Shown here: positions 25,988 to 40,420 of the stretch, piece by piece
Layout of the letters: each line of letters starts with the position of its first letter
Numbering within the stretch: the stretch's first letter is position 1
From: Eledone cirrhosa
Lineage: Eukaryota
NCBI GenBank assembly: GCA_964016885.1
Contig: OZ024747.1
Location: forward strand, 34,782,001 to 34,846,000
Direction: 5' to 3'
Length of the DNA stretch: 64,000 nucleotides
The notes under the pieces: generated by a model
Told to the model about the DNA's origin: nothing
Seen by the model: only the letters and a program-made list of their open reading frames with translations
The model's database searches: none
Program-made: the position numbers and the translations under genes

Positions 25988-26762
25988 GCCAATTGTTTTG
26001 CAAATAAACATTCATAAGAGATGTCTTCTTTCCGAAATTGAATGTAATCCTCAGCCAATATTGAAGTGGCAGATATATTTTTTTCTTTTTCAGTCGAAAA
26101 TGCTATGTTGAGAATAATTTTCTATTGATTCCTTTCCAAGCAGATATTCTACGTTAGTTTTATACATTTGAATGTCTTAATTGTTTAATTTTTCTTATTT
26201 TCGTGTCTCAATTGTTGTACGTTTCCCAGCATCCATATTTATTATTCTGCAGAATTTAACAGATGTTGCTAATGATTCTGTGAAAATGATTTCTGGTATG
26301 AAAATTAATACTTAACTTAATACTCAACCGGTAATGTTAACAACGCCAAATGAACTTCCATACAGGGAATCACCCAATGAGACATTGCAGAGAAATTAAA
26401 CTACACATACAGAAGGAATCATCCGAACATCGATATCTAATTGTTTTTCTTCAGTCATTATATCTCAGGGGTACAAAAGAGGATTTTGAAGCCATAACCA
26501 ATCATACTTTTGCGTCATTTATTGTATAACTAGTATGTATGTATAACTAGTATGTAATGTTTCCTCCGTTTTTAAAACGATCGCCTGCTACTTAAGAATG
26601 ATATTACAGTTATATCTAGGAAGTCAAGCATCTTCCTTGGTTCGGATCTAGTTACACAAATAGACTTAGTTAATTAAATATCTCTCGGTTCTCAGTTCAC
26701 GAACAAATTATCCCCACTTTTAAATATCTATAAATAAATGTCGAATGTGGTCCGTGTGGCAG

Positions 26763-27008
26763 TCCATAGGGCAGTGGGATGGTTAACATTCTACGGTGAA
26801 AAAAAAAAAGTGAAACAGCGTTTCGACACAAAAACAACCGACAGACTTCCGACCTTTTCCTTGCTCTCTGTTAGTGCATGAGTGTGTGTGTGTATGTGTG
26901 TGTGAGTGTGAGTGTCTGTGTGAGTGTGAGTGTCTGTGTGTGAATGTATTTGTGTATATTTCTTTGAATGTATGTCTGTACGTGTGTATGCGTGTGCATT
27001 TGTGCATT

Positions 27009-27066
<58 letters not shown>

Positions 27067-30000
27067 CAAGTTTGCATCGGAGAAGAAGAAATTGAAAGAG
27101 AGACGTAAAAAAAATCAAACAGCGTTTCAACTCTGTGTGAGTATATATGGATGTATGTGTGTGTAAAAGGGGGGAAGGCGTATGGTGTAAAAACTACGGC
27201 AAAAATAGCCGACATACTTCCAACCCTTTCCACGCTCTGCGTGAGTGTATGTGTGTGTTTGTGTGCATGTATGTCCGTATGTGTGATGGCAGAAAAAGTG
27301 AAAGACAGTTACTTCTCTCACTCTTCTCTCTCTCTCTCTCACTCATGAAAAATTACTTCGTAATTCCAAAACAAACGAATGCGAATTTACCCTTCTAAAT
27401 GTTTCACGAAGCGAGTCGTTGCCTTTTCTTATGTGCGCGTGCGCGCGCGCGCATGTTTTTGTGTGTTAGTGTGTGTATGTGTGTGAGTGTCACTCATTTT
27501 TCACTTAATCCCAATTTCAATTCAAAAACGACCAAGAAGAACACATTTCAAGTTAGTCTGATACGTTTGACAAAAGTGTAGCACCTTTCAATGCGACTTG
27601 GAAAAGATCAGCTTTCAACTGTGATCCAAAATATTATTATTCTACAGAGAAATTGATTGATATGGGAGCAATGTCAAAAGAGTGCAGTGTTTGTAAAGTA
27701 AAGACATGGAAACGAGAAAACCTGACTATGTCTTGCGGAGGAGGAACGGTTGTTTTACCGACGTTTGGTACACCTCCAGATACTTTGAAATCATTGCTTT
27801 TGGGAAACACACCAAGGAGCATACACTTCTTGAAAAACATTATGAATTATAATTCTGTTTTCCAAATGACCTTTGGTAGCAATATTATAAGAGAAGGGAA
27901 CATGAAGCCAACTTTTAAAGTTCAAGGTCAAGTATGACATCGTATTGGATCTTTGTTGCCAACTGAATTAAAAGATCCACAGTTTTTGTAGTTATATTTT
28001 TTGGCAAAGTGCAAAGAGCAGGTTTGCAATGGTCATTCAACCTTCTAAAATCTGAAAGAAGAGTTAATATCTGATTTGCATTTATACGTTTCATGCAAAC
28101 AATAACTACATCAGAAAATTCTAATATGCATCGGAATCTGCGCCACCATCTGAGTACATGTTAGTCATTGATACAGACAAAAAGCCTGTTGGTGAACACA
28201 GAGGCCAATATAATGTTCCTGCTGCAAATGAAATAGCAGCAATTATTACTGGCGAGGAGTATAGTCGGAGAGTTATTGTTATTCAAGGAAAGGGAAATAA
28301 GTTGTATCGCATAAATGCAATCCACCAATCATATGATGCACTCTAGTACCCATTAGGCTGTGTATTTGGCCAAGATGGATATCACTTTGGTCTCAAACAG
28401 ATGATCTTAAAACAACAGCTCCTGCGCTGACAATTCTATGCATGGAATTATATGATTACCTTTTCATATAAATAGAGTAAGATTTAAATATTCTTCATCA
28501 TTCACGTGAGCTCTTTCAGCAGTTTTCAGTTGATATGTATGCAAATATTGGAAGAGAAGGCTTCTTTACATTAGAACACATCAGAAGATCTCCATGCCTC
28601 AGACTACATTCAACTGACAGATTTTTCAGTAATGAAGGATTAGTTGCTGATAACATTGCACAGCTTTGTTGTCATTCTTCTATCAAGCTTCACAGGATAT
28701 GCATGAGCATACCCAAGATGAACTTACATATGTTAGACACAATGGTCGTCCAAACCTCTTCGTTACATTCACATATAACACAACATGACGAATAAAGAGT
28801 GAACTTTGTTATTATCAAGAACCCAAATAGCGCCATGACATTATTGCTAGGATGTTCAGACTTAAAGTCATAAAGCTGATCTCCTAAAAAAGGCAAAGTC
28901 GTTGGACGAGTCTAATGTGACACATACACAATGGAATGGCAAAAACGAGGATTGCTGCATGTCCACATTTTGATTTGGTTACATAATATCCTATGCTGCA
29001 TGAAATTGTCTAGTCACAGATGAATCATGGGCCCTGTGGTTCAATTAATCCATCCTCCCCATGCACGAGGGATAAAAATGTACCAAGAACTCCCCCTGTC
29101 TCCCAATACAATAAATCAAAACCGAAAAAGATGGCTACTCCATTTACAGGAGAAGAACACCTGGGCAGTGTTTTTTAGAAAATGATGATCATTGGGACCT
29201 TGCATTGACTGAAGCATCAGTGTCAGATTCTCCAAGGAAACTCCATAACCTTTTTACCATTATGCTGAACATGTGTCAACTTGCCAGTCCCCGACAACTT
29301 TGGATGAAAAATCAAGAGGAAATGGCTGGGGACTTAAAGTATCCATTTCAACATGCAAACCCAGGCATCAATGTTCAGTTCTGTGAAGACATTTTCCATC
29401 AACCACTGATTGTAATTGAGCATCAATTTTGGTTAATAGAGGCAAGAATTTGCAAGAATCTGGTTCCGGAATGCCAAAATGAAAGTGATTTAACTTCAAG
29501 AGAATGTGCAAGTGCGGCAAATTATGATAACACAAAGTGGGTTGCATTTGTGAATGAATATGAACCTAAGCGTCTTCCAGAACAATGCTGGGCATATTAT
29601 GAAATCATTTCTTCAGTCAAGAGGAATTTTCCTTCTTGACGCTCCAGGTGGCAAAGGAAAAGTATTTTTAACATCATTATTTCCTTCCAAGGTAAGGCGG
29701 CAAAAAAGAATTTCACTTGCTGCAGAATTGCTGCCACACTTCTCCCAGGAGAACGAACAGCTTAGTCTGCTTTTAAATTACCTCTAAAACTGGTTAAAAA
29801 TGACAGTTCACTTTGTAACTGAAGCAAAGGCTCAGATTTAGCAGAAGTGTTGCGCCAGTGCTATCTGATCATTTGAGTTGAATACACTATGTCACATAGA
29901 GGAGCAATCGAAGCTTTTGATAAAACCTTACAGGACATAAGAGAAAACTATACATCTATAGGAGGAGTTACATTAGTTTTATCAGGAGACTTCAGGCAGA

Positions 30001-31131
30001 CATTACCAGTTATTCCGAGAGGAACAAGAGCTGATGAAATAAAAGCATGTATTAAGTTTTCGCAGTTATGGAATAAAGTACGGAATTTCTGCTTCAATCC
30101 TAACATGAGAGCTGTATTACATTGGGACCAATGTACAGAACAGTTCTCAATCCGACACCTCCAATTAGGAAATGGGGCAGTAACAATTGATGGGTATGAA
30201 TATATCAACTTGGCTCCTATCATGCTGGCTGGATTCACCAGCTGAAGAACAGGGTATTTCCAGACTTAAGTAATCATTATAATTCACATAAATGGTTGTG
30301 TGAAAGGAAATTCTTGTTTAAAAGAAGAAGAGACAGTAACAAGGATTAATCATGAGCTAATGAATAATATTCCAACAATAATTAAGGGGTACAAATCAGT
30401 TGATTCAGTTGTTGATGAAAATCAAGATGTCCACTAGCCAATTCTCTTTAGTTCCTTAATTATCTTTAGTCACATGGAACTCCCCCACAGAAACTTTTCC
30501 TACAGTTTGGAGTCCCAATAATGCTTCTAAGAAATTTCGATTCTCCTAAATTATGCAATGGGACAAGGTGAAGACAGTATCACCTAATGTGATAGAAGCT
30601 ACCATCATCACTGCGTGCACCTCGGACAAGATATTTCCATTACCTATTTTTCCAATCAAACCATCAGACATGCTATTTGAAAAGTAATTCCCAGTACGAC
30701 TTTGCTTCACAATGTCTATCAATGAAGCTGGAGGTCAGACTTTGAAATCTACTGGCTTGCACTTAAATTAGCCTATTTTTTTTTGTCATGGTCAACTTCA
30801 GGTTTATTTATCAAGGGTGTTTTGTTTACAAAACTTAATTGTCTTTGCTCCAAACCAGAAAACAAGGGAATGTAGTTTACCGATAAGCTCCTAAGTAATT
30901 TCCTCCAACACTTGTGGTAGAATTTATATACCCTCATAAAAGAGCTAAATTTTGTATTATCATTTTTTATTAATTTCTGTATTATGAATTCAGAATTGAT
31001 TTCATCATGTACCTCAATTGAAGAATGAATGGAATTTAGAATAACAAATTTCTATAGAAAATATTTTGCTTTCTTCTTCTAATATACAAGGAATACTTTC
31101 ATTCCCAAGCAACGCCGGGTGCATCTATTAG
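26763..31131 (+). mobile_element. Helitron with decayed Rep/Helicase (coding remnants ~27650-30890)
   Basis: CSVC zinc finger, FKVQGQV, SYDAL.YP, GRPNLFVTFT, EWQKRGLLHVHILIW (HUH), DAPGGKGK, SGDFRQTLPV, MLLRN..LCNGTR; 3' hairpin cccaagcaacgccggg followed by a CTAG-like end; 5' end uncertain. Confidence 0.9.
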
Positions 31132-31849
31132 AGGGCCTGCGGTTGGCCCTATATCGATTTGTCTGAGTGTCTGTCGTAAATGGCACAAAGAGCTATGTTG
31201 TGGTAACCTGTCTTGCTAGAAATGACAGCGAAATAAAACTTAGATTTTACCATGCGCGCCCAGACACATACACACACATAATATGTTGTATCTATTTATC
31301 TACTACTCTTTCTGTATCTATGTCTTCCTATCTATCTATCAACATTGTGGTAACTGTTTTCGCTAGAAATGACAGTGAAATAAAGCAATAGCTACTAGAA
31401 CACACAAACACAGTCACACTGATTTGTATCTATCTATGTATTATTCTTTTTGTCTCTATATATTTCTATCTATCTCTCGCCAACTACAGAAAGCATTCCC
31501 CAAAGGAGATGGACTGGATTTGTCTAGTATAAAATAGAACTGATTCTAGCGAACCCCTGTACTCTATCTATATTTAAACCAACAATACATTCGATGTCAA
31601 AAATGCATCGAAATGAATAAATGTATGTCATAAAAATAAAGAGGAATAAATAAGAAAATACTGTGTTAAAAAAACCCTAAAAACTTTGAATCAAGTCGTT
31701 TAGAATAAAGATGGTGTCTTACCATCTCAGGTAATCTATCAAATATACCAGCATTCAAAATATGGCTCGCGAAATAATGATAGGTCAATAAATAAACTTA
31801 ACAGAAATAACAAAGAAAAAATATGTACACACCTATATGTAAATATATA

Positions 31850-31942
<93 letters not shown>

Positions 31943-31948
<6 letters not shown>

Positions 31949-32300
31949 AAAAAAGATGAAATCGTAAATGCAACTGGAGTCTTTTTTTTAAAGAATATAT
32001 ATTTAGTTGGTTCCTTTACCGGTTTTGCAGTTCTTCAGCTTTGAAGAATTAGAATTGAGATGGAGGGTTTGTGGTTTTTCTCACATCAGATATGATAAAA
32101 ACCACAAAGCCTCCATATCAATTCTACTTTTGAAAAGCAGAAGAACTGCGAAACCGGTAAAGGAAACAAATAAATATATAATAAAATAAATAAAGATTCC
32201 AGTTGCATTTTCGATTTCATCTTATTTCCTTATACTTCCACTCGTGTAGGACACCTCGTTTATTTTTTATTTTGTAAAAAAAAACTCACTTTCTAATAAT
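31943..32300. mobile_element. Fold-back PLE pLTR remnant (palindrome 31943-32234 + tail)
   Basis: Arms ~140 bp with centre ~32087; HHR-like consensus CTGAAGA actgc GAAA ccgg TA without a good stem I. Confidence 0.6.
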
Positions 32301-32316
32301 ATATATATATATATAT

Positions 32317-34250
32317 GTAACGAAGGAAATGTGGTAAGGAACCAGGTGGACCATAACGCACCAAAGTACTCAATACTTAGGGTAGTAGAGTGGGTAATAG
32401 GAACAAATAAGACCCCGACGGCTGAGCTCAAGCTGTTTCGACGGCTAATTCTGTACTGAATGAAAATGTATTCTGGTATTTAAATAGCCGAACTTATCAA
32501 GGGGTAATTCCATATATGGTCAAAGAGATAATCACCAGGATTGGTCACAGCACAAGTTAGTAGTAAATCTGTGATGGCAAGTTGGTAGGGGAATGGGTAG
32601 CTAAACCGGCCGGTAGGAGAAAGAGGGAGAGGGGTTGGAGTAGACCCATTCATGCGTTGGTAATGCCAGCTACAGCTGGGTGTGAGGTCAAAGAGGATAC
32701 TGGGGAGGGGAGGGGGAGGAGGTCGAAACGGTAAGTAGAACAATGAAAGGTAAAACTATAAAAGGTACTGAGAGAGAAAAAAAAAAGCAAAATCTGGTTA
32801 CTAAGACATAAGTCACTCGCTATAGCTAGGCTAAAGAAATACATAAATAAATAAATAAGCAAATAAGAGAAAGAATAGATAAATAAATTTAAAAAATATA
32901 TATATATATATATATAATGTAGAATAAAAAAATAAATAATAATAATAATAGAAATAAACTAGGTGGGACGGAAATAAAGGAACCCGTATACGAGGTATAA
33001 GTGAGTGTATCGTACGGTGACGGGTCAACAAAGGGGGGGGGGGGCAGAATACTAAAGAGACTACCACGAAAATAATAAAGGTTTCTACCCCAATCACAGG
33101 GCCAGCAACCACCCAGTCCAAGAAAGTAAACTAGTACGAGAATATAATTCAGGGTCCCGCAAAAAAATACTAGTGCTAACTCTAAGGGTACCGCCACGAA
33201 ACAAAAAGTCTTATACAAGCTACATGAAAGATCGTACGAAGTAAAAGTAAAGAACGGAAAATTAATACAGGAACCCCCCCCCCCAAAAAAAAAAGGGAAA
33301 AAGAAGAAAGAAATACTGGATAAACGAGAAATTAAAGCAAAGATGCCACTAAGAAATATCGAAGGCACGGAAAAAAGGGACAGCGGTCGGAGAAGGGGGC
33401 GAGTATCCGAAGTCTAACACCTCTGCTTTAAAAAGAGGGGTCAGCCAAATCTATCATAGAATAGGGGAGGGGTGGGGGTGCTGAAGCTACAAGGGACCGA
33501 TGGGCTACCTCGGGTGGGCGAGAAAAAGACGACGACAAAGAAAAGGAACTGGGGTAGAATGACTAGGGTGGGATGGGGGGAAGGAGGAAATATAGAGGAA
33601 GCGATAAAAGAATGTAAAAGAAGATCTTACGTCTCCATTGGCAAGCAGGGGTTACCCATTACAAGATAGGCAAGTGGGGTGTTATAGCCCTAGTCTACCC
33701 CGCCCCCCGGGTCATTATGGGGTTTGAGGGCGAGGTAAGTCCTACGTAATCGGTGTTTACATGCAGTAACCAGTTCATCTTTCTTGTTTAGGAGTTGGTC
33801 CGTCGAAAACAGCATTTGTAATGTTTCCTCCGAGCATAAATTGCACGGACAACGTCCTCCCGTGTAAGAGTTGGCTCTGGACAGTAATTTCCAAGTGAGA
33901 TCATAGTTGATGTTGTTGTCCTTGAGGGCCCATATGTGGCCCGAAAGTGTAGTGGCGTGACGCCGGGCCGGGTTTCGGAAGGTATGTCTGTGTTGGTATA
34001 GCCGGGTCTTGAAGTCGCATGCGGTTAATCCTATATAAGCTTTGTTGGAGGTGTCCGTGCTCACGTTGCACTGGTAGATCACATTACGGTCTCTGCATCT
34101 GTTGTTGAGGGTGCAATTGGATCTATCAGGACAGTTGCACCTCCTGGTCGGCTCTCCACTGCTATTTAGGTTGTTTCTTCCATCGGGGTTGAGTTTTTTT
34201 TTGTTGGAGGAGACGATGTTTTGTGCGAAGTTAGGTGTTTTGTGCGAAGT
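32317..34250 (-). mobile_element. Nematis-type PLE 3' fragment (GIY-YIG at 33690-34250 + 3' region)
   Basis: CNCPDRSNC, IYQCNV..YIGLT..FKTR..H, CNLCSEE, LNKKDELVTACKHR. Confidence 0.85.
32412..32505 (-). ncRNA. Type I hammerhead, U3-A8 core
   Basis: acccc TTGATAA gttcggcta...tagccgtc GAAA cagc-ttgagctca-gccg TC ggggt. Confidence 0.7.
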
Positions 34251-34559
34251 TGTGCGCTGAATCGGTCGATCCCATTGTGATATCGAAGCTGTTTATAGTT
34301 GTTTCAAGCCCCAGGTTATCTCTACACTATATATAATATACCACTTGACAGCTTTTACATGTCATTGTCATACATCTGCTTCGTATCAGCTCGTTTTACA
34401 TGCTAAAGTCATCAGTATACTCTATGTCTTACATAGATTGATGTGATTATTTTAACTATTTACAGTCTAGCTAATTTATTTGATTATTGTTATTAGTGTT
34501 CTGATTTAACGCCACTACTATATATAGACGCCATGCCTGTGTATTTCCTTCAATCTCGC

Positions 34560-34671
34560 ATGCTCTGATGAATTGACTGGTTATAACAAATTATTGGTGA
34601 TCTATTGACGCAAAAACAGCCGGGTAACGATCTCTAGACCTACCAGTTTAAAGAAACAATTGTCAGAAATG
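34560..34671 (+). ncRNA. Type I hammerhead in an unrelated pLTR (34260-34725); stem I partly decayed
   Basis: catgct CTGATGA attgactggt...accagtttaaa GAAA caattg TC agaaatg, followed by AATAAA. Confidence 0.6.
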
Positions 34672-34735
34672 TGAATAAAGCCCTTATTGTATAGCAAACC
34701 ATGTCACTCTTCTTTCTTGATTTAAATATATATAC

Positions 34736-34850
<115 letters not shown>

Positions 34851-34852
34851 TA

Positions 34853-35662
34853 TGTAACAACTAGGTATATGAATAAACATATGAAACAATAACAGGGGAT
34901 AATTTTTACAAGTGTGTAAGCACACATAGCTAGGTAGGTAACTAAACAAAGTTAACTAGAGCTTCAAAAATAGATACCTTATAATATGATTAATCTTCTC
35001 TGTATATATTCCATTAAAGAAATATATTTCACCAATTAATCGAATGGTAAACCACAGAGGCCGATACTTGGATTTTCAACAAGGAAGAAGTCCAGCGATC
35101 TGTGTTTACACATTAAGTTTAAATCAGCGACTGGCCAGTAATACGTACTGTATCTACACAAAATACACACATCATAACAGCTTCGGCCCAGTGGTGTGAA
35201 TAGGGTTATCGATAACTAGAAACAGCAGTCAAGTCCTTTCACCAGAGTTAGCTGTACAATTAAGGAGCCGTATTTATATATCTATATACAAAATTAAGAT
35301 GAATCAAAATGAATTTAATCTAAATCAAAATTATGGGTGTCATGCCAGAAAGGCATGCACCATATCACCCGTAAAATAGGCTCCAAGATTCTAATGAATA
35401 GATCTATTTTTGAAGTTCTAGTTAACTTTATTTAGTTACCTACCTAGCTATGTATGCTTACACACTTGTAAAAATTATCCCCTGTGATTGGTTCAAATCT
35501 TTATTTATGTGTTAATCAATTTCTAGTTGTTATAAAATGCTCGGACCTATTCATTAGAATCTTGGAGCTTATTTTACGGGTGATATGGCGCATGCCTTTC
35601 TGGCATGGCACTCATAATTTTGACTTAGATTAAATTCATTTTGATTTATCTTAATTTTGGAT
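34853..35662. mobile_element. ~580-bp-unit non-coding family, forward part + inverted end
   Basis: Forward 34853-35403, inverted 35403-35662; same family as 48777-49810. Confidence 0.7.
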
Positions 35663-35687
35663 ATAGATATATATATACATATATATC

Positions 35688-35744
<57 letters not shown>

Positions 35745-35786
35745 GCATATGCATATATATTGATATATATACATATATATATATAC

Positions 35787-35869
<83 letters not shown>

Positions 35870-35925
35870 TATATACATATATACATATATATATACATAT
35901 ATACATACATATATACATATATATA

Positions 35926-36088
35926 TAACGAAGGAATTGAGGTAAGGAACCAGATGGACCATAACGCACCAAAGTACTAAATACTTAGGGTAGTTGAGTT
36001 CATAATAGGAACAAGTATGACCCCGACGGCAGAGCTCAAGCCGTCGAAACGGCTTGAGCTCTGCCGTCGGGCTCATACTTGTTCCTAT

Positions 36089-36090
<2 letters not shown>
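35926..36090. mobile_element. Tail + fold-back fragment of the U3-A8 PLE family
   Basis: Hairpin 36003-36090 centred on cgaa. Confidence 0.75.
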
Positions 36091-36146
<56 letters not shown>

Positions 36147-36239
36147 ATATATATATAGTATTAATTATACTATTTATGTTTATGTAAATACAAAAACCTT
36201 TTGCAGTTATATATATACATATATATATATATTTTTTTT

Positions 36240-37520
36240 TATATACAAACCCTAAATAGTGGTAGGCAGTAATATATTACTACCTTATTACCAGTAAGTT
36301 AAGTAGCTCAATGTAAAAACATCAGATGATTTACAGAGCAGTTATATGAAATATAAGAATCAAAGAACTGTTCAAAACATTTTTGTGCTTACAACTGTTT
36401 CCTCCAAACCGAGGTTTGGATTCTTTGAATCGACATTGAATACTACCCGGAAGTACTTCCGGGTAGTATTCAATGTCGATTCTCGAAAAGTAACAGCCTC
36501 CTGTATTGAACAAAAGAACACCAGATATACCAATCTTTCTACCTTATTTCAGTATATTATATTATACAATTTACTCATTCTATGTCGTTAGCGGTCTCCT
36601 ATTTTTTTCTTCATTTTTTTTCTTTTTTTTCTTTTTTCTTTGTTAATTTCTAATCATTAATTTGTAACTTTTACTTGTCAATTACTTCTTAACTTATATT
36701 AGTACTCACTATACCATTTTCCTTATATTCTTTGCTATAAAAACTATATTTTTTATTATATACTAATATTACCATTAGTAAAGTTTGTAAACATATTTTT
36801 TTGACGTCATATATTTTTTCTTCCTTAAATTTTTCTTCTTACTTCTCTCCTTCCGTGCTCGTATTAAACCTATTATTTACTTTTTCATATTACAATACAT
36901 AGAAACAAATTTAGAGCCTGACTAATTCCTCTAAGTTCATAATTCAGTTAATTTATTCTTCACTCACCTTAACTTCTTAATATTTTTATTTTAATAATAC
37001 ATATTAATAAATTACTTTTCGCACATATTATTAAACCCTTCAATATATAAACGTTAAATAAATACTATTCTTAATTCCTTTTTCTTTAATCATAAACATC
37101 ACCATTCATAAAACCTCATTAACTTTTAATTTCAACATATTTTTTTTAATTATGTATTATCTTACAACGGTTTTTTTAATTTCTCTCTGTGAGATAGTGT
37201 TTCTCAGTATTAAAGGCTATCTCTATCTCTCTCTCTCGCTCATTTCTCATCCTTCCTTCTTATACTCCTCCGCGTCATCCTTTATTTTCTTTCTTCATCT
37301 TCCTTATCTTTCCTTCGCCCTTCCTTCTTTTTTTCCCAATCTCATATATCCATCTTATTTTATTTTTCGTATGTAGAATTAGCACTTCACAACTCACAAG
37401 TGTTTTTTAAACTTCATATCATGTCTCCTTGTTGTATGTGATGAGAACGCATGTATCATCCCATGATGATATTTGTTTTTGAAATGCGCATAATAAAATA
37501 CATGGAACTCTTTTAACCAT
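36240..37520 (+). mobile_element. Probable decayed PLE 3' region
   Basis: Degenerate HHR gTGATGA gaac...gtttt GAAA tgcgca TA then AATAAA at ~37440-37497; perfect palindrome at 36427-36482. Confidence 0.4.
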
Positions 37521-37540
37521 CTTTTGATCTTATATTATAC

Positions 37541-37594
<54 letters not shown>

Positions 37595-37627
37595 TTATAT
37601 AAATATATATATATATATACACACACA

Positions 37628-37711
<84 letters not shown>

Positions 37712-37841
37712 TGTATATATATACACACACACATATATATGTATATACTTAAAAAACACAGATATATCTATATATATACACACAGATATATATATATATA
37801 TATATATATAAAAACATATACATATATATATATATATATAA

Positions 37842-37882
<41 letters not shown>

Positions 37883-37961
37883 CGCACACACATATACATA
37901 TCTATATATATATATATATAGACACACATATATATATACACATATACATATATATATATAT

Positions 37962-38012
<51 letters not shown>

Positions 38013-38035
38013 CACACATATATATATATATATAT

Positions 38036-38350
38036 TTTGATTATATGTTGGTTGTATACCAACACCTCAGTATGCAGGCTGGAGCACTCGACGAAGTGCG
38101 CAGGTTGGTTTGGTTACTCCGGAGTAATGTAAAATAAAGTAAAATAAAAAGTCAAATGTTTAAAATTTAGCTTCGTTTATTACTGCTATATATATTTTAG
38201 TGACAGCCATCTTTGGCTGTGACTTCTTCAGACCCTCCAAATTAGTTTGGTATAGACAAGTACATATGTTGTTGAGGTGTATAATTTTGTCAATACTCTG
38301 ATATGCCCAGTTCCTGGTTGGATTGTTATTTCACTGAGGAACTGGTATCA
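38036..38350 (-). mobile_element. PLE pLTR/tail remnant
   Basis: CTGAAGA agtc acagcc..ggctgt cact aAAA tatata TA, then AATAAA and tail motif gtcgagtgct. Confidence 0.5.
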
Positions 38351-38366
38351 TATCTATATATGTATA

Positions 38367-38457
<91 letters not shown>

Positions 38458-38459
<2 letters not shown>

Positions 38460-40369
38460 AAAGATTTGAATGGATACAGTTTAGTTGAAAGGAATTTATT
38501 GACACGTGTTTCTATAACAGTTACATAACCTAAAACAGCTGCTATCTACAAACTTTTAGTTATGCAGACATTCAATATTTCAATGTTATTATTTACTGTT
38601 ATTTCATCAGAATAATATTACTGAGGACCTATTTAGTTTTTATAGAGAATATTAGGAGGGAGGGGTGAAGTTGTTAGAAGAATAGTTGAAGGAGTGGTTT
38701 GGGTACGTAAAGATAGACCCTCTAACTTTGACATAACAATGGGCTCTAACGATTCGACGGAAATAACTGATATTGTGGGGTTATTTATCGCCTTTAGACT
38801 CCAGGAAAAATTCAGCAATCTCCACGGCGGAATATACCGCGACGATGTTCTCCTCCTAGCTAAAAACCTTAATAACCAAAAATTAGAAAAACTACGCAAA
38901 GATATAAGAAAACTACTACTCGAAATAGGACTAACTATAACATATGAATACAACCTTAAAGTAGTTAACTTACTGGATGTCACACTCAATTTAAACTCTG
39001 GTTTGATTAAACCGTTTCATAAATTGAATGAAAATCTCAAATACGTAAATGTTGGGTCTAACCACCCCATCTCTATAATTAAATCTATCCCTAAAAATAT
39101 TTCCCTTAGAATCTCGGGTCTATCTTCTAACATACAAGTATTTAAGGAACACGCCGAGTACTACGATAACGCCCTTAGTAAAGCAGGCTACCTCAACAAA
39201 ATAGAGTACATAGATGGGAACAATCAAAACACCCAAAATAAATCCCAAATAGGTAGATATAATAACACAACACCAAACCACACTTACTACCATAGTATGC
39301 ACACCAGTAAACCAACAAACAAAACTAATAGAAAGCGATGCAAAGAGTACTTATGGTATAACCCCGAATACAATAGTTCCATTAGTACAAATTTACCAGT
39401 ACTCTTCTTTAAAATAATTAAAAGACATTTTCCCACATCACACACATACCACAAAATCCTAAACCCTACCACTATAAGACTGTCATAGTCTACAGCGTTA
39501 AACCTTGAACAACACATAAAAAAGATCAATACTAGAAGGTTAAACGAAAACACTAAGAACTTAAGTACAAAGAACACAAAAAAACAGTAGACAATACACT
39601 ACAGAACATAAATAAACCACACCTAAGTTCGTCCGCAATACTACTCCTGAGAAAACCCAACGTACACAACTGTAACTGCACCTATCCTGACAACTGCCCC
39701 CTCGGCAATAACTGCCTGGAAAAAAATATTATTTATAAGTGTACCATTAAATCCGGAGGCAACGAGTGGTATTACGTGGGATCAACAGCAACATCGTTTA
39801 AATCTCGATCGTATAGGCATTCTTACTCAATAAAACACCAGAGCCAAAGAAATGTAACAACTTTAGCAGAAAAAGCTTGGACGCTCAGGGATAGCGGTCA
39901 AAAGCTTACCCTAAAATGGGAGAAATTAGCTAAAACCCAAAGCTTTTCCAGGAGCCAAAATTTCTGCAAATTGTGTAATCTTGAGATTTATTACATAATC
40001 ACACACAAGAAGAAACTGCTGAATAACAGAATTGAACGAACATTATTCTGCCGTCACAGAACTAAAACCCTTTTTTCCCACTACAAGCCGAATATTACAT
40101 AAAAGAGGGACATCCCCCAACTATATAAACCTTAATCTAGTTAGAAAAATATAAAAACAATCTCTTCTCAACATATATTAATAACCTTAAATTACCACAC
40201 TAATAATGGAAAGATATGCTGATGAGAATAGGTGCAAATATGCGATAATGAATGTGTCTAAAAACGTCCATAAGTATGTATATATATGTGAAAATGTATA
40301 TAAATAAGTAAATATATATATATGTTTGATGTGTATAGTTAGATGTAAGTGTATTCATGTATTAAAGTG

Positions 40370-40420
<51 letters not shown>

